DNA from: a virus
Virus record (IMG/VR): IMGVR_UViG_3300005573_000052
Length of the DNA stretch: 64,000 nt
Direction: 5' to 3' (one strand)
Shown: positions 29,126 through 36,445 of the stretch, one piece after another
How positions within the stretch are numbered: the first letter of the stretch is position 1
Layout of the letters: every line of letters begins with the position of its first letter
Translations under genes and position numbers: made by a program
The notes under the pieces: model-generated
What the model was told of the DNA's origin: nothing
Databases searched by the model: none
Seen by the model: only the letters and a program-made list of their open reading frames with translations

Positions 29126-29586
29126 GATTGGGCTTCCGGGCTCTCCCCGTCCTTGGGCGGCGGGATCATCATGAGGCCATCCCGATAAACGGCGACGATT
29201 TCGTGATCAGGTGTATAGGTGACGATGGTGCCAAGAAGCCCCTTAGATACAAAAACGAGCGCCGGTGAAAAAAGAACGGACCGGGCCACTGCACACCGTT
29301 CCGCAAGGACCCTGTAATCGTCAGACCCGTAGGCCAGCTTGTTGAACTGCCAAAAGCCCGGAACGCGCCCATCGTCATCGGGCACATGACTGGCAGCCCA
29401 AAGCAAAAACGGCACACCCGCCGCCTCCAGTTTGGCCGAGCACTCCTCGATGACCTCAAGACGCACCCGCTCCTCGTCGCTCATCTTGGTCTTCAACTCG
29501 GCACGCGTCCGGTTAAGGTCCTCTTGGACGGCCTCGAAATGCTCGGCGTTGTTCGGGATGGTGGGAGCAATAGGTTTGGTGCTCAT
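29122..29586 (-). CDS. hypothetical protein
   Basis: operon packing. Confidence 0.6.
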   Translation of the reverse strand: MSTKPIAPTIPNNAEHFEAVQEDLNRTRAELKTKMSDEERVRLEVIEECSAKLEAAGVPFLLWAASHVPDDDGRVPGFWQFNKLAYGSDDYRVLAERCAVARSVLFSPALVFVSKGLLGTIVTYTPDHEIVAVYRDGLMMIPPPKDGESPEAQS

Positions 29587-29589
29587 AAA

Positions 29590-30546
29590 TCAGGTTTCCT
29601 TGCTCAGCTTGCCAACCACATCCAATATGCGTCGCGCCACGGCAGTCTTGCCCAGATAGTCGCGCAACACCTCAGCCCGTTCCAAGCAATACGCCTGTTC
29701 GCGCGCCTTGAGGTCAGGGTTGCTCTCCAGCAGCCTGAGCCGATAGGCCACGGAATGAGCGTTGGGGTAACAGCCCCAGTAGGCTGGATAAAAGCCCTCG
29801 TGAAAGGTGGTGAGGTCCGAACAGACGATGGGAATGGCCCCGCAAACGATGCCTTCGAGCGGCGGCAATTCCAGTCCGCCCGCCGCCGAGGCACAGAGAA
29901 CGTAGTCCACAGAATTGTAGAGGTCGCTTAGCATCTCGGGCGAAACGGAGCCCATGTAAGTCCCCCAACCGAGCGGCTCACTACCAACCACCGCCACCTC
30001 GGTCTCCGAAAACCCGGCCATGACAAGGGCATTGACGGCCAGTTCGGCGCGCTTGGAGGGGTCACGCAACCGGCCCACCATCATGGCTTTAAACTGGGGA
30101 TAAGGACGTTTGCCCGCAACCCGCGCGTCCGCCGTCACGTCCATGATAGGCTGGTAGATTAGGTAGGAGGGCAGCGCGTAATACCGGTGAATCTGGGACT
30201 GGACGTAGCGCGAAATGGCGCAGATGGCGTCGGCGCGCTTGAGGATGTCGAGCTTCTCGTAGGGGTTGTAGCCGGAGGGGAGGTTCCACTCGGGAACATC
30301 GAGACAGGTGAGAACAAGCTTGGCGGAAGGGGCATGGGCATCTCGCCAGTTCGCGGCTTCCTCCCAACGCTCGCTGTCGTTGGCGTAGACGAAGTAAGGG
30401 AGATTGCCGGGCTGCTCGTCGCCCTCCATCGCCCCCAAGGCGCGGAATCCGTCCTCAATTCTGGGCAATTGTGAGGACAAGTGACGCGCGCCAAAGGCCT
30501 TGAATCGCAGACGGGAATAAAGGGGGGCAGTTATGGGAGCATCCAT
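29590..30546 (-). CDS. GT4 (GT-B) glycosyltransferase
   Basis: ADAICAISRYV, VGR, LYNSVD, GGLELPPLEGIVCG. Confidence 0.75.
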   Translation of the reverse strand: MDAPITAPLYSRLRFKAFGARHLSSQLPRIEDGFRALGAMEGDEQPGNLPYFVYANDSERWEEAANWRDAHAPSAKLVLTCLDVPEWNLPSGYNPYEKLDILKRADAICAISRYVQSQIHRYYALPSYLIYQPIMDVTADARVAGKRPYPQFKAMMVGRLRDPSKRAELAVNALVMAGFSETEVAVVGSEPLGWGTYMGSVSPEMLSDLYNSVDYVLCASAAGGLELPPLEGIVCGAIPIVCSDLTTFHEGFYPAYWGCYPNAHSVAYRLRLLESNPDLKAREQAYCLERAEVLRDYLGKTAVARRILDVVGKLSKET

Positions 30547-30564
30547 GAGAACAGGTGTATACGC

Positions 30565-30656
30565 ATAGTAGCCTGATTGAGCCCGCGTTGTCAACCCAAA
30601 TCTCGCCCGATTCGCGCGCTTTGTGGTTGACACGCCCGGCCCAAACGGGCTATGGT
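30565..30656. promoter_or_regulatory. back-to-back sigma70-type promoters at the strand switch
   Basis: minus: TTGACA-N18-TACTAT (30594-30565); plus: TTGACA-N18-TATGGT (30627-30656). Confidence 0.75.
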
Positions 30657-30686
30657 TTTCCTCGTTCCTTGCAGTCAGTCCAATTT

Positions 30687-30871
30687 TCCGGGCAAACCGG
30701 AGCGTAATGGGGCGGTGCGTTAATCACTGGTCACTTCATCGCGCGAGCAGTCACCCCACCAAAAGCTGCTCGACGGGCGAAAGTCCGTCAGGTATTGTGC
30801 CGCCGGTTTTCGGTATTGGTTGTCCGGTGGTCAGCATTCCATACCTGTTGGGCAAGCACGTAAAACCCAAC
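30687..30871 (+). ncRNA. candidate structured ncRNA
   Basis: five consecutive hairpins downstream of the plus promoter; no convincing ORF. Confidence 0.4.
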
Positions 30872-31266
30872 CCCCCTCTCGTTCTTTGACCCTTTCCTAT
30901 CCACCCCCAAGGTATTCACGTCCACTCGCGGTCGCGCGTGGGCAGGCTCCACATCCCAATACCGGCTTAGGCTTGTTTCTCCGAAACGGCCACTTAACCG
31001 ATGCGATAACTGAGCTAGGTGCCGCCCCGAACTGGCGCGCTTTGAGTCCCCCGAGAAGCGGGAACGCAAGGGTGGATGGGTTTTATTTTGAGTGGCGGCG
31101 TGGAAAGGACTGGAGAAATCCGGTCGCGCAGACACGCACCATGGCGTTCCAATGTATGTCGCGGCCTGCGGAGATTGACACCGACAGGCGGTAAGGCTGG
31201 CGCACCTCTACACATGACGGTGCCAACAAGCGATTCGGCTCAAAACCGAACATCCGCAGATCACGG

Positions 31267-31860
31267 ATGCGAGTTACGACAGTCCCGAACGTAGTCACAG
31301 CCGGGTTAGCGTCCGGCCCACTCTATCTCGTTGCGCAGTGTCCTCTCTCCCGGTGCTACATCGAGACGCGGCAGAAAGCCGTGGAGAAGCAACAGCCACC
31401 CGACACCTCTCCCCATGGAGTCAATCATGGGCCTATTTTTCCTGTGTCCGACTTTTCCCTCTCTGCCCGGCCTGCCAATTCGCGCGAACTGGCCTGCCAT
31501 CTGTCCACTCTGCGCCCCTACCAAGTGGTCCATATCCCGGTAGACGGACGCCACATCTACTCCTTTGCCGTGATAGGCGCGACGCCCGGCACCAACCGGC
31601 AAGGCTCATGGAATGACTCGGCGGTCCCCCGCCAGATGGCGATAATCTGGTATCGCGAGTCCGAACGACACTTCACCCTGCAATACTACCCACACCAAGA
31701 CGCGGCGCAAATCGTGGAGAAGCTGCCGTTTTCGGCACTAGGCCAAGCAGTGGATGACCTAATCGCCGCCGGATTTGATATGAGACAACCCGTTGCAAAC
31801 CAACCAGTTACGCAACCTACTCCACAAATCGCACAAAAACACTTGCCAAACGCGGGGTAA
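31267..31860 (+). CDS. hypothetical protein
   Basis: longest ORF in the interval. Confidence 0.5.
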   Translation: MRVTTVPNVVTAGLASGPLYLVAQCPLSRCYIETRQKAVEKQQPPDTSPHGVNHGPIFPVSDFSLSARPANSRELACHLSTLRPYQVVHIPVDGRHIYSFAVIGATPGTNRQGSWNDSAVPRQMAIIWYRESERHFTLQYYPHQDAAQIVEKLPFSALGQAVDDLIAAGFDMRQPVANQPVTQPTPQIAQKHLPNAG

Positions 31861-32407
31861 CTGGGCTACTATGCTGGTATACAAATCACAAGTCGGCGGG
31901 TGTATAGCCCGCTGACACAATCTCAACCACTCTCCCAATTTCACCTTCCATGTCCATAACCCACCAATTTACGCTTACTACCCGGACCACATCGCTGGCC
32001 TCGGCGCAGTTGCGCGAACAGGGGTATTGCGGCGTGGCGAGTTGGTCCAAGATGGATAAAGCCATTGCGACCAATTCACCCACGGCGGAGGGTCTCTCCG
32101 ACAAGCTCACCTAAGAACCATTCTTAGCCAAACTTTTCAAGACCCGCCCAAAGCCTAGCAGCCAAAGCGGGTTTTTTCTTTGACATATCACATAACTCGG
32201 GTAGGCACTCCCCGAGACTAAAGAACTAGAGTCACCGCAGCCGGGCGAGAGCTATGTCCTTGAATCTCGCTTTACCCCACGGGAGGGCGCTATCCCGCGA
32301 CTTTTGCCTGCTTTCCACTACGAGAGCAAGGGTTTCAGAGTAAACGATACGATTGCAGGGGAGAGTGGTTTGGTAAGCAAAACCCAAAGACCTCCCCTTT
32401 ATTTTCT

Positions 32408-32479
32408 GGCCCATTCGATAATCAGCTATGTCGGCGTGTTTTCACCACGCAGTAGGGAGGGCGGCACTCCCATGGGCTA
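32408..32479 (+). tRNA. tRNA-Glu(UUC)
   Basis: GGCCCAT/ATGGGCT; GCGTG-TTTTCAC-CACGC; T-loop GGCGGCA. Confidence 0.8.
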
Positions 32480-32480
32480 A

Positions 32481-32555
32481 GCCTCAGAGATGTTGACAGA
32501 TGCATGTCAGTCCGCCAGACTGAATGACCCGGAGCGTTGCCGGGCTGGGGCACCA
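32481..32555 (+). tRNA. tRNA-Gly(GCC)
   Basis: GCCTCAG/CTGGGGC; TCAGT-CCGCCAG-ACTGA; CCA. Confidence 0.8.
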
Positions 32556-32560
32556 ATTTA

Positions 32561-32641
32561 TCCCTCGTTAGCTCAGTCGGGTTAAGAGCAGCCCGCTTTT
32601 AACGGGTAGGTCGCGTTGTTCCCAACACGCACGGGGGACCA
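32561..32641 (+). tRNA. tRNA-Lys(UUU)
   Basis: GCCCG-CTTTTAA-CGGGT; irregular T arm; CCA. Confidence 0.85.
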
Positions 32642-32709
32642 TTCCTGTTAGACAGATTTCGGACCAGCGGTCCATAAACCTCTAACGACTGGGTGTATAT
32701 TACGGCGAC

Positions 32710-33708
32710 ATGTCCAACAAACGTCGCACAAGCGCCATATGGCAAATGCCATCAGATCAGTTCAAGACCATCGTTGCTCAGAGTTTTACTCTGACAGAGG
32801 TTCTTTCGCATTTCTCAATGCGCAACGTAGGTAGTAACAATCTCACCCTCAAGCGTCGCATCAAGGAGGAAGGAGTAGACATCTCTCATTTTAGACGAAA
32901 GGGTGGTGGTCGAAAGGGTCCGCGAGGCATGACACTCGAAGAGTGTATGTCCACCGTATTTATCGAAGGAAAGGTGGGATGTAAAAGCTCCGTGAGGCGT
33001 TACCTGAGAAGGTTCAAGTTGGTAGAAGAAAAATGTGCCATATGCTCACTGGGGCTAGAATGGAACGGCCAACCTCTTACACTTCAATTGGATCATATTA
33101 GTGGAGATTCTACGGACGACAGAGTGGAAAACTTGCGTTGGATATGTCCCAACTGCCACAGCCAGACAGATACCTACACCGGTAAGGCGAACAAAGGCCG
33201 GGTAGGGGCTAAAATCTTTTCACTTCCTAAAAGGACCGTTCCCACTGCCAACGAAACTTTGGTTATTACCGACAACGGAGAGACAAACATAGTCAAACGG
33301 GCTTCAATGACACGGGCCGAGATTAACGCCAAACACCGTAGCCATTGGCCATCCAAGGAGACATTGAGTGCCAAGGTATGGGAGAAGCCTCTCACTCACC
33401 TGAAAGACGAGTTTGGGTTCAAATCTATTACCTCGTTAAAGCAAATGATCAAGTTGTATCAAATACAAGCACCTCCTGTCGGATTCTGGGCTCGTTTGAA
33501 AGCCGGTTGGTCACGCGACCAAGCTATCAACCCTCCCACGCAGGCTCCGAAAAGATGCCTTCGTAAATTCACTGACGATCAAGTGCGTGAAATTCGCTCT
33601 CGCCTCGATAAAGGAGACAAACCGGCGGCTCTGGCTAGGGCCTATGGATGTAGCCACAAGACGATGCGAGATATACGAGACCGTCAACGATACGTTTCCG
33701 TCGTCTAA
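32710..33708 (+). CDS. HNH homing endonuclease in the tRNA island
   Basis: CAIC...LQLDHISGDSTDDRVENLRWICPNCH; HTH-like C-terminus. Confidence 0.85.
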   Translation: MSNKRRTSAIWQMPSDQFKTIVAQSFTLTEVLSHFSMRNVGSNNLTLKRRIKEEGVDISHFRRKGGGRKGPRGMTLEECMSTVFIEGKVGCKSSVRRYLRRFKLVEEKCAICSLGLEWNGQPLTLQLDHISGDSTDDRVENLRWICPNCHSQTDTYTGKANKGRVGAKIFSLPKRTVPTANETLVITDNGETNIVKRASMTRAEINAKHRSHWPSKETLSAKVWEKPLTHLKDEFGFKSITSLKQMIKLYQIQAPPVGFWARLKAGWSRDQAINPPTQAPKRCLRKFTDDQVREIRSRLDKGDKPAALARAYGCSHKTMRDIRDRQRYVSVV

Positions 33709-33772
33709 TCTTTCCAGTCCCGGAGGCCATTCCTAGCGCGACCTTTCCAAGGCGTGATGAATCCCGAGTTTT

Positions 33773-33846
33773 GACGGATTAGCCAAGCGGCGAGGCCACC
33801 CTCTGCAAAAGGGTTCAGACCAGTTCGACTCTGGTATCCGTCTCCA
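33773..33846 (+). tRNA. tRNA-Cys(GCA)
   Basis: ACCCT-CTGCAAA-AGGGT; TTCGA; U73-CCA. Confidence 0.92.
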
Positions 33847-33938
33847 CCTTTCCCCCTCCGTAAGATGTCCCTTAGCAGGGTTTAAGATACGGCGTGCGTG
33901 CTGACAAGGCAAAGCGCAAGGGATGCGAGGAAAATTTT

Positions 33939-34018
33939 GGGGCACGGGGCTGCTTGGCGTGGCCACCTCTTTTGCACAGAGGTTAATCAGCAGGTTTCGA
34001 TCATCTGGTGCTCCACCA
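33939..34018 (+). tRNA. tRNA-Ala(UGC)
   Basis: G3-U70; CCTCT-TTTGCAC-AGAGG; CCA. Confidence 0.85.
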
Positions 34019-34140
34019 ATTTATGCGGCCTCGGATAAACGGGGTTCCATGGTAGCTTGAAGCGGGGGTGCACTCCTGCCATTGGCCATGAGAGCCGTTA
34101 CGTCCGGCATGGGTGAAAATCCTTGAGTCCGCCCAATTTA

Positions 34141-34215
34141 GCCTCAGAGATGTTGATGGACACATGCGAGTTTTCCAAACTTGACTACTCGGATCGTTAC
34201 CGGGCTGGGGCACCA
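34141..34215 (+). tRNA. tRNA-Gly(UCC)
   Basis: same acceptor stem as Gly(GCC); loop TTTCCAA; CCA. Confidence 0.85.
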
Positions 34216-34302
34216 TCGTGTATTAGACCGTTAAAGACGCGGGGCAGATTGTAAACCTGTCGCCTTCGGGCCGACTCAGAGCGTTACTGAGATACACGAC
34301 CA
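34216..34302 (+). tRNA. tRNA-Tyr(GUA)
   Basis: loop TTGTAAA; long variable arm; CCA. Confidence 0.85.
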
Positions 34303-34308
34303 TTTCAC

Positions 34309-34381
34309 TGGCAGATAGCTTAAGTAGTGAAGCCCGCGATTGATAATCGCGAGAGTATCAGTGCAAATCTGATTCTGCCAA
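34309..34381 (+). tRNA. tRNA-Ile(GAU)
   Basis: CGCGA-TTGATAA-TCGCG; no encoded CCA. Confidence 0.85.
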
Positions 34382-34389
34382 ATTTTCCA

Positions 34390-34464
34390 CAGGACCGACA
34401 GGTATGTTATCGGCGAGCACTCCAAACGCTACGCGAGTTAGTTAAATTCTAACCGGTCCTGCCA
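34390..34464 (+). tRNA. tRNA-Trp(CCA)
   Basis: CAGGACC/GGTCCTG; loop CTCCAAA. Confidence 0.8.
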
Positions 34465-34465
34465 T

Positions 34466-34537
34466 GGAGTCCGGTCTAGTGGCCAGTTTCCCCTGAAGAG
34501 GGAGACGGACGCGATGCGATCTCGCGGGGCTCCACCA
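34466..34537 (+). tRNA. tRNA-Phe(GAA)
   Basis: TTCCC-CTGAAGA-GGGAG; CCA. Confidence 0.8.
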
Positions 34538-34545
34538 TTTTACGT

Positions 34546-34628
34546 TGCAGTCACAAGCCGAATGACGCTGAGGGTCTTCATACGTCCCGCGAAAGCTATG
34601 CCGAGTGAAACTCTCGGGGCTGCATCCA
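34546..34628 (+). tRNA. tRNA-Met(CAU) with extended variable region
   Basis: loop TTCATAC; GC-GAAA-GC extra hairpin; CCA. Confidence 0.7.
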
Positions 34629-34632
34629 ACTT

Positions 34633-34708
34633 TCACTCCGTGGGACATTGGTTGTCCGCCAGTTTTGGGAACTGGATCAAGTGTGTCCGATTCACACCGG
34701 GGTGACCA
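34633..34708 (+). tRNA. tRNA-Pro(UGG)
   Basis: CCAGT-TTTGGGA-ACTGG; CCA. Confidence 0.85.
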
Positions 34709-34783
34709 TCTTGAGGGAAACGCGGGTTCAACCCCCGCCGGGGCCACGGGGCCTCGTCGTCTAGACAGGTTAAGAAACCCTCT
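34709..34783 (+). ncRNA. circularly permuted, anticodon-less tRNA-like RNA
   Basis: 3' half (GAGGG-AAAC-T arm-CGGGGCCA) precedes 5' half (GGCCTCG-D arm-CCCTC). Confidence 0.75.
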
Positions 34784-34792
34784 AACTTTTTT

Positions 34793-34870
34793 GGCGCGTT
34801 AGCTCAGTCCATTCAGAGCAGCCCGTTGTCTGCGGGAAGGCCATGGGAGAGAAGCCCATACGCGCCGCCA
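34793..34870 (+). tRNA. tRNA-Asp(GUC)
   Basis: loop TTGTCTG; T-loop AGAGAAG; G73-CCA. Confidence 0.8.
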
Positions 34871-34874
34871 TTTT

Positions 34875-35032
34875 CTCCTGTGTCCGTCTGATTATCCCGT
34901 GCGTAGGGACTCAGCGCTAGTTGACAGCAACGCCACCGCTTTGTGGCTTAGGCTTAGCTAAACCCAATGCGTCCCGTAGTAGGTGAAAATTAGCTCTCAT
35001 CGCCCGGGCTACGCGATTGGTAGACACAGGAG
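34875..35032 (+). ncRNA. tmRNA mRNA-like-domain-like RNA
   Basis: 10-bp closing helix, pk1-like pseudoknot, UAGUU|GAC resume context, 12-codon frame. Confidence 0.5.
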
Positions 35033-35046
35033 GATTCATTTCGTTT

Positions 35047-35135
35047 GGGGGATTAGCTCAGTTGATTAGAGCGCTTCGTTTACACCGAAGAGGCCGAATA
35101 GGTTCACGCGGGTTTGAATCCTGCATCCCTCACCA
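35047..35135 (+). tRNA. tRNA-Val(UAC) with long variable arm
   Basis: CTTCG-TTTACAC-CGAAG; 17-nt variable region; CCA. Confidence 0.85.
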
Positions 35136-35141
35136 TTTTAT

Positions 35142-35238
35142 TGCTCAGACCCAGATGGCATGTTAGCTGGCTTCGACTGTTAATCGAATGCGGGGAGATA
35201 GTCTCAAACCAACGGTGGGGCGGCACCACCCTGAGCAG
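35142..35238 (+). tRNA. tRNA-Asn(GUU) with long variable insertion
   Basis: TTCGA-CTGTTAA-TCGAA; T-loop GGCGGCA; G73. Confidence 0.75.
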
Positions 35239-35239
35239 C

Positions 35240-35315
35240 GGGAGACGAATCGTCTAGTGACGATGTTTGCACGACACGCAAAATCAGTAGGGTGCAATCC
35301 CCTAGTCTCCCACCA
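35240..35315 (+). tRNA. tRNA-Val(GAC)
   Basis: TTTGC-ACGACAC-GCAAA; CCA. Confidence 0.8.
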
Positions 35316-35321
35316 TTTTAC

Positions 35322-35400
35322 CGGTCTGTAGGGTAGCCTGCCTTATCCCGCTTGCATGGGGTGCAAGAAATCGCCAGTTGAAATCTGGCCAGACCGACCA
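35322..35400 (+). tRNA. tRNA-Pro(GGG)
   Basis: CTTGC-ATGGGGT-GCAAG; C1-G72, A73. Confidence 0.85.
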
Positions 35401-35406
35401 TTTTAT

Positions 35407-35483
35407 CAGCACGTAGCTCAGCCTAGCAGAGCGATTGCCTCGGGTGCAATAGGTCGGGGATGCGATTTCCTCCGTGCTGACCA
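35407..35483 (+). tRNA. tRNA-Pro(CGG)
   Basis: ATTGC-CTCGGGT-GCAAT; CCA. Confidence 0.88.
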
Positions 35484-35487
35484 TTTC

Positions 35488-35640
35488 CGGGCTCGCAAGG
35501 GTCCGTTGTCATTCCACCTACGATGCAGCTTTACCGCTGACGCAACCGGAGGCAACAACGGAATGCACTTCCAGTGTCGTCCAAGCCTCGATAGGCGGCA
35601 CTCGAACAGGCAGGATACTACTGCGGGAGTCGTAGACATT
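35488..35640 (+). ncRNA. candidate structured ncRNA
   Basis: multiple hairpins plus long-range CTACGA/TCGTAG pairing; followed by a T-run. Confidence 0.4.
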
Positions 35641-35644
35641 TTTT

Positions 35645-35769
35645 GGGCCGTCAGTCGGCGCGCAACGGGGACAAACCCACCGGTAATCAACCCGGTCGCG
35701 ACCGGCACTAGCGAGCCGTGCGATTGCCTACGGGAGCGCGCGGAGAGGATGCGATTTCCTCGCGGTCCA
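35645..35769 (+). ncRNA. alanyl-acceptor tRNA-like RNA (tmRNA TLD-like)
   Basis: GGGCCGT/GCGGTCC with G3-U70 and A73; no D stem; 3-nt linker to T arm. Confidence 0.6.
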
Positions 35770-35781
35770 CTTTTGTTTTAC

Positions 35782-35888
35782 CGTGCTGAAGTTCAGCGTA
35801 AGGCCCGGGTTGATCACCGGGAGATAACGCGAGGAGAACACTCCCCGGAAGGAGAAGGTAGGAGGTGAAATACCTCTCGGCACGACCA
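35782..35888 (+). ncRNA. tRNA-like RNA with 8-nt anticodon loop and 39-nt insertion
   Basis: CGTGCTG/CGGCACG-A-CCA; CCCGG-GTTGATCA-CCGGG. Confidence 0.55.
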
Positions 35889-35949
35889 ATTCCGCGCTCA
35901 TTCTGGAAAGTCTGTAAAGCCGACGCGGGCAAAGTATCGGCGCTTTCAT

Positions 35950-36026
35950 GGTCCTCTGATGTAAATGGATAAGCATACCGCCCTTTGAAGGCGAGAGTCA
36001 CGTTTGCCAAGCGTGGGGGACTGCCA
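35950..36026 (+). tRNA. tRNA-Gln(UUG)
   Basis: CCGCC-CTTTGAA-GGCGA; G73-CCA. Confidence 0.8.
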
Positions 36027-36033
36027 ATTTTAC

Positions 36034-36109
36034 TGCTCCGTGGGATAACATCTAGTCCACACCCCTCTGAAGGGTCGAGGCGTCCGTGAGACTCGGGCCG
36101 GGGCAGCCA
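36034..36109 (+). tRNA. tRNA-Gln(CUG)
   Basis: ACCC-CTCTGAA-GGGT; G73-CCA. Confidence 0.8.
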
Positions 36110-36113
36110 TTTT

Positions 36114-36189
36114 GGGCCGTTAGCTCATTCAGCAGAGTATCGCTATGGCATAGCGGAGGTGGGGAGAGCAAAGCTCCCACGGTCCACCA
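36114..36189 (+). tRNA. tRNA-Ala(GGC)
   Basis: G3-U70; TCGCT-ATGGCAT-AGCGG; T-loop AGCAAAG. Confidence 0.85.
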
Positions 36190-36190
36190 A

Positions 36191-36445
36191 TTTCAAGCAG
36201 GAGAGCGTTCGCGGCAGAGATTGCTACGGCCATCTGTCGAGGAAGTTCGCGCCAGAAAAGAAGCCGACTGGGAGGGTGGCTTGGCTTGACCGCCGTCATT
36301 CTTACCGATGACCACCACCCGCCAACACCACATGGTATCTGCAACCCGAAAGCGCCCGAGGGTAGTTCTTCCCGCCAGCAGGGCATGGTTGGGGCTCAGA
36401 CAAATGAACGCATGAAACAGAAGCGCGGCTACGTCCACTTGAAAA
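36191..36445 (+). ncRNA. rnpB: RNase P RNA-like ribozyme with reduced specificity domain
   Basis: GAGGAAGTTCGCGC (CR-I) pairs with ACAGAAGCGCGGCTA (CR-V); P1, P2, P3, P5, P15 (GGGTAG) and P18 can all be drawn. Confidence 0.8.

Noticed and set aside
32231-32293. Degenerate tRNA-like remnant before tRNA-Glu
   Set aside because: No D arm, a 14-nt anticodon loop and no CCA; too weak to call.
34777-34786. Possible amber suppressor (CTCTAAC) in the permuted tRNA
   Set aside because: Putting CUA in the anticodon breaks the CCCTC/GAGGG stem. TAG also serves as a normal stop in many genes here.
35570-35610. Twister ribozyme-like GTCCAAGCC
   Set aside because: I could not build the P1/P2/P4 stems or the two pseudoknots.
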